A stretch of DNA of 64,000 nucleotides, taken from contig NC_043002.1 of the NCBI RefSeq assembly GCF_006345805.1, positions 29,884,001 to 29,948,000 of the forward strand. Reading direction: 5' to 3'. The position numbers and the translations under genes are program-made. Positions 14,109 to 26,819 of the stretch are shown in pieces. The notes under the pieces were generated by a model. The model was not told the origin of the DNA. It made no database searches and worked only from the letters and a program-made list of their open reading frames with translations. Source of the DNA: Octopus sinensis (lineage: Eukaryota). Numbering within the stretch: the stretch's first letter is position 1; each line of letters opens with the position of its first letter.

Positions 14109-14164
14109 ATATTATATATATATATATATAATATATATATATATATATAATATATATATATATA

Positions 14165-14202
<38 letters not shown>

Positions 14203-14207
14203 AATAT

Positions 14208-14419
14208 TAGGGAATAAATCCAAATTTACAGGGAAAAAAATCAGATTTAGGATTAAATCCAATTTTATAGTAAAATATTATATAATATATTAATTAGAGA
14301 CAAAACCACTATGTTGCAAAACAAACAAGGAAAGACTTAATCAATACATAAAATTTTATGTATTGATTAAGTCTTTCCTTGTTTGTTTTGCAAAATAGTG
14401 GTTTTGTCTCTAATTAATA
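14208..14419. mobile_element. (TA)n-embedded stub-plus-hairpin element (family F)
   Basis: Stub tagggaataaatccaaatttacagggaaaaaaatcagatttag, then a 132-bp palindrome 14288-14419 (centre cataaaa|ttttatg, 1 mismatch). Homologous to 29792-30151. Confidence 0.8.
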
Positions 14420-14574
14420 CATATATATATATATTATATATATATATTATATATATATATATATTATATATATATATATTAATAAATGAAATAAAACATA
14501 TGCATATATATAAACATATATGTACGTACCTACCTCTACATATATATATATACACACATACAGAGATATATAGA

Positions 14575-14661
14575 CAGAGAGATAGATAAATAGATTAATA
14601 GGCAAGCAGAGAGATAGATAGACACATATATTGAAAGATAGATAGATAGATAGATAGATAG

Positions 14662-14737
<76 letters not shown>
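14575..14737. repeat. (GATA)n microsatellite
   Basis: Direct reading; similar tracts at 22930-23010, 24148-24330, 36705-36790, 42115-42205. Confidence 0.95.
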
Positions 14738-14739
14738 GT

Positions 14740-15200
14740 AGACTGCTGTGCCGGGTACCACCAGTTTGGCCACCTTTTCAATGGTCTGTCCCATGTAGCT
14801 GGCTTTTTGGTGAATGAGGGACTTTTGACATTGTGCCCTGATGTAGGTTTCTTGCCGTATTCTATGTTCCTCTGGAATCTTGGATAGCAGGAGATCAAGA
14901 TGCTTCTTAAGATCATGTACTCCATTTCATGTAAATTCCTTAAATCTTTCGGTAAGATATTAAACATCTGTGCGCTTTTCAATCTTTTCAATTTTAGCAA
15001 CAGGTCCTTACTCTGTACAGAATGGGTGAAACCTTTGGAACAGTACAGTGGTGTCCCGTACTGGGAGCAGGTATCACTCTTGATGCGAAAGTTTGGAACC
15101 AAACCTTCTAAGAACTTTCATATTTAAACTTGCGTTTCTCTTCCATCTTCGTTCCAGAGAGCAGAGTCGTAATTCTTTTCTATCTCTCAAATTATACATT
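14740..15200 (-). mobile_element. 3' fragment of a CR1-clade-like LINE (degenerate RT C-terminus and 3' UTR)
   Basis: Minus-strand peptides LRLCSLERRWKR and MFNILPKDLRNLH resemble the CR1-type LxxLERRR motif and terminal region; homologous to 47298-47640. Confidence 0.65.
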
Positions 15201-15739
15201 GATGCCATAATTTTAGTGACACACAACCGAACTACCTTGAGCTCTCCTTTTTAATTGACATCATCTGCTAACTATAGTTGAGAACAATAGTCAAGTGGAT
15301 GACACACAAATGTTCTCTCTAGGAACATCATAGCCCCAGGTACCTTGTCCAGAAACTTCTCAGGATTGATCCGGTCGTTTGCCTACATGTTGCTTCATTT
15401 TTGTGATACATGCATGAAAAGAATCATCGTTCCTCATTTTAACCTCCAGGTCGCGCATTAAATTTGCCACTGGGATCACTGCTGCGTTTAGTCTAAAATA
15501 TCTTTGTTGGGACGTGTTAGTACAAACACTCTGGGAGCGGAGAACTTGGAATTTTTTCTCATTAAATTACGTGTTGTTTTCTTCAGCATGTTTATATATG
15601 GCAAATAAATCTTTAAGTAGAAGATTAGTATCTAGTGTGTAAGTATGTACACATGCATGCATATATACATACATACATACATACATACATACATACATAC
15701 ATACATACATACATACATACATACATACTAAAGTCATGC

Positions 15740-15881
15740 ACTGTTGTAGAGACAAGCTACCCAGCAGATGTGACTGTACAATCAAAAGTTCATTCCACTG
15801 CGTGGCACTTCTACTATTGTCACGAGCCGACCAAAGCCTTGTAAGTGGATTTGGTAGACAGAAACTGAAAGAAGCCCGTCT

Positions 15882-15913
<32 letters not shown>

Positions 15914-16141
15914 CGTGTCTTTATGTGTGTATATATGTTTGTGTGTCTGTGTTTGCCACCCCAACATAACTTAACAACCGATGCTATGTGATTACGTCTC
16001 CGTAACTTAGTGGTTCAATAAAAGACCCTGATGAAATAAATACTATGTTTACAAAAATTAAGTCCTGGGGTCGATTAGCTCGACTAAAGGCGGTGCTCCA
16101 GCATGGCGGCAGTAAATCACTGGAACAAATAAAAGAATAAA
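15740..16141 (+). mobile_element. SINE family B (degenerate head)
   Basis: ccactgcgtggcacttctactat...gccgaccaaagccttgtaagtggatttggtagac...gtcctggggtcgattagctcgactaaaggcggtgctccagcatgg. Confidence 0.85.
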
Positions 16142-16154
16142 ATGGCAACTTGAT

Positions 16155-16360
16155 ACTGAACTCATAGTTCTTGTACCCGGACTATGAATTCTCATTTCTA
16201 TCTGTCATCATAGATGTATTAGGTAATGCACCAACAAATTTGCACAAAAACTTAGAAACACTTGGTTTCACGGACAAAAAAACAAAAGAAATAGACGCGT
16301 GTTCTCCAAATCAAACCTGTTAGGGGCACAGCGAAGATTTTGCAAGAAATTTCAGATTTC
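16155..16360 (+). mobile_element. Degenerate C-terminus of an REL-endonuclease non-LTR retrotransposon
   Basis: LYPDYEFSFLSVIIDVLGNAPTNLHKNLETLGF..., then a frameshifted LQIKPVRGTAKIL; parallels PIIIGALG...IQKIALLGTAHIL of the element at 63712-64000. Confidence 0.55.
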
Positions 16361-16554
16361 GTAAGATATTGCAGTAATTCCATGTGAGATTCTTATGTGA
16401 ACAGGTGCACACCTGGGTATATGCATCGACAGTTCAACCAACGCACCAACTCAATGATATATTTAGAAACAGCGGGAACTCTCTTCAGTAAAACGGTTAG
16501 TTACAGGCTTGAACTCTCTCAAGAAGAAATGAAATAAACTCAAAGAAAAATCAT

Positions 16555-16585
<31 letters not shown>

Positions 16586-17045
16586 TTTATATATATCATA
16601 AGTATTTTATATATATATTATATCACCTGTCTATCTATCTGTCTATCTCCTATCTATCTATCTATCTATCTATCTGTATATATATACATATATTCTCTCT
16701 CTCTCTTTCTCTCTCTGTCTCTCTCTCTCTCCTACACACATATACATGCATACACACATAAATTCATATAACATACATACATACATACATACATACACAT
16801 ACATACATACATACATACATACATACATAATGTCGCTGTGAGTGAGATTCGAGTCCGGAAATAAATACCAATTTCAATAATGCATACACACGCACACACA
16901 TACTCTCTCACAGGCACACACACACTCTCCCTCTCTCCCCCACACACTCTCATACGCATATGGTTGTACATGTATTTTGTGTGCATCTATATATGAGAAT
17001 ATGTATACTCACACAGATGCATATACATACACGTTCGTTGTAATA

Positions 17046-17567
17046 CGTGGTCTGATTAATAAGTATCCATACTGTTGACATTGTAACGAAGGTAAAGCAT
17101 GCAGAGTGAAGCCGTTTCGCACAATTCTGCTCTTTACAGCAGTGCTTGGAAGGAAGGTGTGTAGCGTGTGATCGTCGCATTGACTATGACAGCAAAAGTT
17201 GAAAGGAAAGCCTGCATCAAATTCTGCTAAAATCTTGGCGATATTGTTTTGAGGCCTACGCAACGGTTTCAAAAAACGGATGTGATTCGACGATTTCCCC
17301 CTCACAGCTGCATGCACATTTAAGATGTTCCTCAATCTCGACTTTTTTTCGGCCATCTTCGAAACGTCTGAACCACTTGTACACTTGTGTGAGATTCATA
17401 CACTCCTCTCCATACGCTTTCTACAACTTTGCGTAGGCCTCTACGCAGGTATCCCGATGACAATGTTTTCTGCCATGGTCAATGCGACGATCACACTCTA
17501 CACACCTTCCTTCCAAGCACTGCTCTAAACAGCTTCGTTATTATGGCAACTGTCCGGATATTTATTG
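17046..17567. mobile_element. Mariner-derived fold-back element (two converging 5' ends)
   Basis: Left end ta|cgtggtctgattaataagtatccatactgttgacattgtaacgaag; right end reverse complement caataaatatccggacagttgccataataacgaag. + strand MTAKVERKACIKFC*NLG (17186); - strand KAYGEECMNLTQVYKWFRRFEDGRKKVEIEE; about 60-bp inverted repeat 17138-17197 vs 17466-17527. Confidence 0.8.
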
Positions 17568-17696
17568 TACTTATATATATACTTATATACAATTTCTCGT
17601 ACCTGTGTAAGTAGAATGGCTGAGAAAATAGCAAGTCAACAAAGGTCCTAGGACGAATAGTTTATCATCAATCATCATCGTCGTCGTTATCATCAA

Positions 17697-17735
<39 letters not shown>

Positions 17736-18084
17736 TATTTAAATCTTCCATTGTCTGTATGAGAAAGCAAAATGGTGACTGGGCGTGATCTCAGAGTATA
17801 TGAATGGCTAACATTGGATAAAAATTATTCGTCTAATGGACAACTACTGTCAAACAAGTATTGTAGGAATTATTAGCTTCAGACTAACATTAGCGTTTAT
17901 TCACACGCTGTTAAAACAGTTCAATAGAGTCTTGAATAATCCGCGTCTTTTGTGTATATCTGTATGTATGTATTATATGTGTGTATGAGTGTGTGTGTGT
18001 ATACACAAATATACACATATATATATACACATATACGTATATATATGTATATGTATATATATTTGTATATATATTTGTATATCT

Positions 18085-18120
<36 letters not shown>

Positions 18121-18281
18121 CCTCTCATATACATTAGTATATGTATTTGCTTCACAACTATATGTATTTATACACACGCACAAGCGCATACACGCAATTA
18201 CATCAATATCCATGCGCGCAAACACACACTCAAATTCATATATATACGTTTGTATAGAAAAATTTATGTGAGCTCGTGCAT

Positions 18282-18320
<39 letters not shown>

Positions 18321-20004
18321 CGCATACTTATATACACATATATGTATGTATATATGTAGAAATGCGTGTGTTTATGTGTGTGTATATGCGGGGGGTGTTT
18401 GGTAGAGCTCCTTACCTGCATAAGTTTATACATGTGTGATGCCTTTGTCTGGGACGTTCTTATATTTGATATTATAAATGTGCTTGCGTGGTGTGTGCAT
18501 ACATGTATTCGCGTCTATCTAGTTGGGTGCATGTGCTTATGTAAATGTGTATACATTTTACGCACGCTGTTTGGGTATGCGTGTGTATGTGCGTTCGCGC
18601 CGCCGTACTATATCTTATACTGGGCCTACTGACACGAAGGTGTAGTATTGTAAATTTTCACGAGTCATTAGCCCCGCAAAAGACAGTTAAAATCGAGAAT
18701 CAAGGCATGTTTATGTGCTACTAACAATATTTTCCTTCCAAAACTTCCGTTTTATTTCTACGACAATAACTTAATGTTGCTATATAAGTAAATTCAATGT
18801 GTAAACGGTTTCCAAAACCCGGCTGTAGGAATTAATCTTATTGGGACTAATCCTTTATTAAGCAAGTTTCAGAGAAGTACAACGGCTGGTGATTTTACTA
18901 CGAAATTCATTGTGGCAACACAATAAACATTCACTGCAGACATTATGAAGATTATGAATAGAGCCAGATATTAGCACAATAGTCGGACAAAAGCATTATT
19001 TATGGCCGGGTAAGTTAAGCATTTAATTCAAACCCATTCAGCTAGTCTCATAAAAGTCCTAATACATTCATGCAAGCATCGTATAGGTGAACATATTAAC
19101 TCATACGTGTTTATGTCACGACGAAGCTTAAAGCATAGAGTTGCGTTCATATTTTTAACTCTGAATGACGTTGAGAATTTTAGAGAAAGATTGAGACAAG
19201 GAAGAGAAAGAGAGAGAATGAGAGAAGACGAGAAGAGAAGGAAAAGGGAGAGAACATAATAGGAAAAAAAAAACTTAATTCTGATAAAGCAGATCTGCGC
19301 ATGATCATAGGCAAAACCTGATTCGCTTCGTTTTCTAACAGTTAAGTATGTGGCGTGAATGATTTTGGACGTAGACAGGATATGTCCAAAGCCAGTTTGT
19401 TGTTTGTAAGTTGTGTTAGTCTCAGATTTTTTTGTTTTCTTTTCCTTGTAAGGAGCCTCGTGAAAGCACTCAGTCGAACATATACAAAACAGGGGTGAGG
19501 TCGGGTGTTCTGAAGACATTAACTCAACCACCCGTGACTAATTGATAAAGTAATTTATTGATAGTGGTACATAATGTATGATAATGTCATCATAAGAATC
19601 GATGAGTGTCCGTGAAGATGGGACATAAAAATATATGACGCAAAATTATATAAATAAACTAAAATATAAGTAAAATTTCACCAGTCCTTCATGCAACATG
19701 AAATAACTCGTCGGACGGAATGAGGGGACACTGATGTGTCATTGTTTAATAGGACACATTCTCTATCGGTTTCAACGATGACAAGCCATCGGTCAACTGA
19801 TCTACATACGCAACAAAGATGACTGAGTGTGATTAAATAATATATTTATTTAAGCAATCGTGGACTACTGTGGATGCGATTAAATGTTATCAGGCAAGAG
19901 CAACAAATGTGAGTGTGATTAAATATTGGATATTAATTACATAATGATGTACCAAGTGGGGTACATCATTATGTAATTAATGTCAATGCATATATATATA
20001 TATA

Positions 20005-20204
20005 GGGAGAGTTTACGAAAATAACAAAAGACGAAGACAGGTGGAGTACAAAATAAACAGATGTATTAGTATAACGCTCAGGAATAGAAAAAGTCTTTTA
20101 CGTTTCGAGCCTACGCTTTCTACAGAAAGGGACACAGAAAAAACAAGGAGAGAGAAAAAATGTGTGTAGTGGCTAACGATCTATCATGGCGACTCGTGCC
20201 GGAC
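20005..20204 (-). mobile_element. (TA)n-embedded ~200-bp insert with a hammerhead-like motif (Penelope-like remnant?)
   Basis: Non-repetitive block bounded by (TA)n on both sides; contains the motif at 20095-20129. Confidence 0.55.
20095..20129 (-). ncRNA. Minimal hammerhead-ribozyme-like motif (variant core)
   Basis: 5'-cttt CTGTAGA aagc gtag gctc GAAACGT A aaag-3': stem I cttt/aaag, stem II agc/gct, palindromic ACGT stem III, GUA site; position 6 is U instead of A. Confidence 0.45.
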
Positions 20205-20250
<46 letters not shown>

Positions 20251-20314
20251 CACAATATTAATAAGGTGATGATCTTATTTTATTAATCAAATGGGTGAAT
20301 TTGATTAAATATTG

Positions 20315-20460
20315 ATTTGAAATTTTGGCACAAAGCCGTCAATTTCAGGGAAGATGGTAAGTCGATTACTTATTTTATCGAACTCCAAAAGATGGAAAGC
20401 AGAGTCGATGTTGCTAAGCATTTTGTCTGGCGTGCTAACGATTCTGCCTGCTCGGCGCCC
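20315..20460 (-). mobile_element. SINE family A (A2 tail, internally deleted)
   Basis: tttgaaattttggcacaaagcc tail; gctaagcattttgtctggcgtgctaacgattctgcc head. Confidence 0.8.
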
Positions 20461-20480
20461 TGATATGATTAAATATTATG

Positions 20481-20698
20481 TAGTAATCCCTCGCCATATC
20501 ATGATTCACCTATCGCGGTTTATTATTTAAGCAAAAGTCGATTCCTCTGTGGTGTTGATTTGCATCTATAATAAAAAAAATATATAAATATTATGAAAAT
20601 GATTTAAAAAAAATATACAGTACTGTTTCTAATTCGCGGATTGTCACCTATCGTGAGGGTTTTGGAACGTAACAGCCGCGATAGTCGATGGATTATTG
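20481..20698. mobile_element. pogo/Tigger-like MITE
   Basis: Imperfect TIRs tagtaatccctcgccatatc / cgcgatagtcgatggattattg followed by TA; sub-terminal cacctatcg motif at both ends. Confidence 0.6.
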
Positions 20699-22149
20699 TA
20701 CATTAATTAAACAATGGTCTACAAAAGTGGGTGAATATAATTAACTATATATTAATTGGTGATTTGATGTCCTAATGACTCGCCTAAATTGCTGCCACTG
20801 CATATTATTGGATCAAAATTATAAATAGATAAGGACAAACATAGGTTGATATTTGATCTTATTTTCCTTGAAATAATCTTGAATAGAACATTATACGGAA
20901 CATATGAGATTTTAAACGAATTTCATTGTAATACCTACAAACGATGCTTGACAAAATTGAACGAGCCTCATACAATGTACAGAGTGGATAGCAGTGTTTC
21001 ACCGCTTATTTTACCCCAAGGATCCACTATAAGTTTTCAGGAAAATGTATGCTCACAAGCAACTTTACTTGTAATATTTCATTACAAATACTTAATATAA
21101 AAGAATCTAACTGTAACTCTTTTATTAAATACCGTGTACAAAGGAAAGTACATTATTGACTATAAAAAAAGTGAATCACTGTAATGACAACCTTGTGACT
21201 GGCAAGTACGGCACCATTCTCCACTACCTACATCGGTAGGGCGTATCCGCCAAGTGAGGAATCACTGGTCTATAGGGAGTCTTAAAAGCATGAATTGAGT
21301 ACCAACAGTCAGCAGGCATGAAAGGAACATGCTGAGGCAGCTAACATTGTATAGAATGGATGTGCAATCCAGCATCAAACCAACACCGGTGGAGGAAGCT
21401 TGCCACTCAATGCTCCGAACAGCACAAAAAGACCCGAAGCTTAAGCTAAAAAATATGTAGTTTTGCATAGAGTAAAATTCATCAGCGTTTAAGTCCAAAT
21501 AGAGATTCTTCGATTAGGAGGTAAAAGAATCTAAAACATTTTTGACCGTAATTAACTTTATATGGCAGGGAAGAAAGGATTCAATAGGAGATGAAAAATG
21601 CGATTTCTTAGTCATTAGCGTTTTGTCTAGACAGAAGTGTATTTATTCACTTAAGTGATAGAATACGAGAAGATCTTGGAGGCGGTAATGCCATAGCTGA
21701 CGGAGATAGATTATAGACAATGATATGATATTCCTTTGGAACACATATTACATCAAGGAGAATTTCGAAAACTCTTTTGGACGTTTTCACACAACACCAG
21801 TATTTACCGTTCCTTGTCTTTGTAGCCACTCAATTCTAAGTAGCAACATGAAGAATCATCTGGAGATAGTTGATGAACATACATTCTACACTGTATATTG
21901 TATTTCTAATATACATACACATTATTCGTATGTACATACAAACATACATCCATACATGCATATACATATATATATGTGTGTATTATGTGTGCGCGTGTGT
22001 GTGTGTGTATCTGTGTGCTTGTGTATGTGAATGCGTGTATGTGAGTGTATGTATACATATACAAACGTACTATATATAAATGTTACACACATATATGTAT
22101 AAGTGTATACATAAGCATATACATACATACATATATATATGTATATATA

Positions 22150-22395
22150 TGACTTTTATATTTTACCCGTTTTAGTCATTAGACATGAGAGAATATTTTC
22201 AGGCACTTATTCTATAGATATATTTTACCAAACGACAACGTTACGCAGACGTAAACACACCAAGAACGGTTGTCAAGTGGTGGTGGGGGGACAAACACAA
22301 AGTAAAGAAATATTCAAACACACACTCACACACACAGAAGCAGACACACACACAAACACACACACACACACACACACACACCACACACACACACC

Positions 22396-22437
<42 letters not shown>

Positions 22438-22743
22438 GAGGGCATGAACATACATGCCAGAAGGCATTATACATACATGCCTCACGCTAAGAGGGACAAT
22501 TAGTCATTTCTACCAAAAATATTACCAGTAATATTTTTGGTAGAAATGACTAATTGTCCCTCTTAGCGTGAGGCATGTATGTATAATGCCTTCTGGCATG
22601 TATGTATAATGCCCTCTATATATAAATTAATATGTTCAATAAGAAAGAATTATTTTCGAAATTTTTCTCTTATGAGGTTTTCACGCTATCTACCTGACAA
22701 TTTCTTGTTAAGTTTTCCTTATTAAGTAGTTGTCCTTAATTGC

Positions 22744-22783
<40 letters not shown>

Positions 22784-22928
22784 CAAACGTACGAAAGGTT
22801 TCTTTCAGTTTCCGTCAACAAAATCCGCATATAAGGCTTTCGTCGGCCCGAGGCTAGTAGACGAAAGTCGTCCTAGGTGCCACGCAGTGGGACTGAATTC
22901 GGAGCCATGTGGTCGAGAAGCAATGCGC

Positions 22929-22930
<2 letters not shown>
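22150..22930 (-). mobile_element. SINE family B split by an insertion in its internal microsatellite
   Basis: Tail half 22150-22320, head half 22790-22930, hairpin element between them. Confidence 0.75.
22427..22627. repeat. Near-perfect 200-bp hairpin (99/100-bp arms, 2-nt loop)
   Basis: ...ctaccaaaaatattac|ca|gtaatatttttggtag...; arms differ by about 1 substitution and 1 indel; followed by an ~115-bp stub ending in (TA)n. Confidence 0.95.
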
Positions 22931-23011
<81 letters not shown>

Positions 23012-24161
23012 ATATTATACATGTACATGTGAATACGTATATATACTTACATACATATATATACATATATATATATTTGTATATACATATACATATATAT
23101 ATATACATATAAATACATATGTACACATACACACACACACGCACATATATATACAATGTTATACATACGTGCGTGTAAATAGAACTACATTAATAAACAT
23201 ATGTGAAAGAAAATCTGAAATTGAAATATACTCACGCAATTGCATACAAGTCTATTTACACATTCACGTGCGCAATAATAATTACACACGCAAACGCACG
23301 CACGCACCCCACCCCCACCCCCACACTATCAAGCTTTAAATCTTCTTTACACAGATGATGGGAAATAATCGTTTAAGTTCTATTGATTAATATGACACTT
23401 GGGTATAGATAAACAATAATTATGATCGCCTCCATCCAATCATTTGATCGCGTGATGGATAAAGAAAAGCTTATATTTCGTAAAGTATAGTTTCACACAT
23501 TTTCGTGACTAACACACAACCTGAGCATAAGAGATCGTCATACCGGAAGTCATGCCGCAGCTGGGCCAACATGGAGGTGAATATAAAACTGAATAAATAA
23601 AATATAAATGCAAAGGGAGTTAACAGCGTATTGACACTGCGATCATTTTCAGCCCGATGGCTAACTTAGGACATAACCGGATACATGACGGAAATGAAGA
23701 CTAGCGGACAAGATTTAGGGATAATCCTTCGAGAATGGTTGAGGAGTGGTATGCAAAGAGTTATAAATTTCTCAGTACGGATTAAAAAATATTTCACCCC
23801 TACATACGAGTTCCGGCAGGAAAGCTAGATGCAATCAAAGCTGTCATATTGAACGGGACCAAATTTGTACAGGGATTTGTAATAATATTTTAACAAATAA
23901 AAGCCCGGGAATTTGCTCACAGATTGTTTATATACATATACATACATAGATACTTACATACATACATACGTACATACATACATACATACATACATACACA
24001 AATACATACACTCAAATATATGTGTTTGTGTGCGTGTGTGCGTGCGTGCGCGCATTTGAACAAAAATGTGTAAATGAGCGCTACGCTACAAAAATATGTT
24101 CTATATTTTCTAGATAAAGCACGATTATATATAAATGTAATATAAATATCTATCTATCTAC

Positions 24162-24248
<87 letters not shown>

Positions 24249-24362
24249 TTATCTATCTATCTGTCTGTCTGTCTATTTATCTATCTATCTATCAATCAAT
24301 CTATCTATCTATCTATTTATCTATCAATCTCTCTCTATATATACATATATATATATATATAT

Positions 24363-24407
<45 letters not shown>

Positions 24408-24568
24408 CGTATAGATGATTATATATAGGTATTTATATTCTTTTATCTAACTATTATTGACAATATATATATGTGTGTATACACATACACACGCACACAC
24501 ACACACATATGTATATATGTGTTTGTGTATGTATATATATATATATATATATATACGTATATATATGT

Positions 24569-24640
<72 letters not shown>

Positions 24641-24645
24641 GTATA

Positions 24646-24688
<43 letters not shown>

Positions 24689-24880
24689 CTATATATGAAT
24701 TTTATTATGTTATTTTATGTGTAAGTACTGTGTACTTCTGGAGTTTGTCAATGTATCAGGTTTGTGCGCAATTAACGACCGTTTTTTGTTTTTATTAATT
24801 ATTAATTAATAGTTGAATTATAAAATGGTCGTTAATTAGGCACCAACGCAATATTTGAAGAGTGCGATGAACTCGTATAT

Positions 24881-25289
24881 GGCGAGTCGGCAGAATCGTT
24901 AGCACACTTACGTTCTGAGTTCAAATTCCGCCGAGGTTGAGTTTGCCTTTCATTCTTTCTGGGTCGATAAAATAAGTACCATTTGAACACTGGGGTCGAT
25001 GTACTCGCCTCATCTCCAATTGTCCCAAGCTGCCCTTGTTGCAAAAATTTAAAATAATAATAATTATTTTTATTAAGACGGTGAGCCGGTAGAATCGTTA
25101 GCACACCGGTCAAAATGCTAGCGGCATTTCGTCTGTCTTTACTTTCTGAATTCAAATTACACCGATGTCGACTTTGCCTTTCATTCTTTCGGTGTCAATA
25201 AAATAAGTACCCGTTGCGTTGTGAGCTCCATATAATCAACTAGCCTCCCCCCCCCCAAAGTTTCAGGAGTTGTGCCTTTAGTAGAAAGG

Positions 25290-25290
<1 letters not shown>
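24881..25290 (+). mobile_element. Tandem pair of SINE family A
   Basis: ggcgagtcggcagaatcgttagcac (24881) and aagacggtgagccggtagaatcgttagcac (25075); the second ends gtgcctttagtagaaagga(tta)n (A3 tail). Confidence 0.85.
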
Positions 25291-25364
<74 letters not shown>

Positions 25365-26819
25365 TTGTTATTTAATAGGGCCTCCTGCGGTCAGAGCGGG
25401 CAATGGGTAGAATCCTTACTGTTTTCAGCTCAGCTGGGAACGGCGTTTCGTGTGGCTAAACAGACTTATACGTGAGTGACAGAGCATATTTCTATACGGT
25501 CTTAGGTCCAATAGATTTACTGCCTTCCTTTTCCCGGGCTCATTTGTCTGCTGCTGTGATCAGAACCTCTTTCCCCCTTTACCTTGGTTGTTCATTCAGG
25601 GTTCTCCTACATGTTGGCCCCATCGACAGTGCACGTTTCACTTCGAATACCTTTAGGTCTCTTAGCAGTTTGAGTGTTGTTTCAAGACCACCAAATAAAA
25701 TAGAAATACTCGTAAGTATTATCATTCACAATCTCGTCATTTATCGCGTGTCAGACCTATTATAATATGCTAATGTAAAGTCTATGAACGTATCCTGTTT
25801 ATTCATTTATTCTGTTCTATGCTATCATAACTGATCTTCTTGCTTGAATATTATGGTCCGTCTTTCTAGGAAAATTCCACAAAGTCTTTTCAGTATTGTT
25901 TACCATCAGAACCTCTGGTTAGCTTTCATACTGTTTTACTTTTCTCTTCTGTTGTTTCGAATCAACACTTTCGTCAAGAATACGAATGCACTCTTTTACA
26001 GACAGCTACGCCTGCACTTGTGCTCGTTTTCTGCTAGTTTTCAGGATTCTCTCAAAAGATTTTTAATACTTCTCTCTCCTTTTCCACAAATCTGCTTTTG
26101 CTCTCTGTCTGAGTTTTATCAATCATTGCTTTTATGAAATCGATAGTCATGGTGCCTTCCTGAGCTGCTATTATTCGCAATTCAGTTTCATCGCAGGTTT
26201 CCAGTAATCCACCTTAGTAATGGTAGGCGCATATGTATGTATATATTATGTATGTATGAACTTATGTATAGACAGAAAGAAAGAAAGAACGAAAAATGTT
26301 GGAAAACAATTTGTATATGTGTGTATGTACATTTATGATGAACGACTCTTGAAGTGTTTTAGAATATGGTACCTTTAGCAATGACAACAGACATTGTAGG
26401 ACTATATCCATAGTCTATAGAACTTCTAATGGTATCATCCAGGCCTTCGAAGTGCTATCTTAGTAAAAGAGATATATTTTGGATAATATATTCCTCAGTA
26501 TAGTAATTGTAGCAGTTAGGATCGCTACGACTGCAAAATGTAAGATCTTATGATTGCTGGATCACGATCTTGGGATGTTTCCTAAAGCTAGAAATAGCTG
26601 CCCAGCTTCTCTTAAATAAAAATTTAACGTCTTAAAAAGCTGCTGTACGACCTGCTTGAAAGAGCAGCCAAATTTTCTCAAATTATACTACGCTATCTTG
26701 CAGTGTGATGAGAAGTTCACACCAAGGATAAATTTGATCACAGAATTTCTCCGCTTGTGTTTCCCTATTGGTTCAGATCTCAACACGACTAGTGAAAATT
26801 TATTACGCTCACTTCAACA

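Noticed and set aside
19342-19494. Possible + strand exons (19342-19405 and 19453-19494)
   Set aside because: The first has stops in all frames, the implied intron is only 47 nt, and the peptide is unrecognisable.
23552-23596. ATG CCG CAG CTG (MPQL), resembling a TCF/LEF N-terminus
   Set aside because: It continues GQHGGEYKTE* with no DELxxFKDEG beta-catenin-binding motif.
25380-26140. Possible decayed LINE endonuclease remnant on the minus strand
   Set aside because: Only a short GVAV-like match; too degenerate to support without a search.
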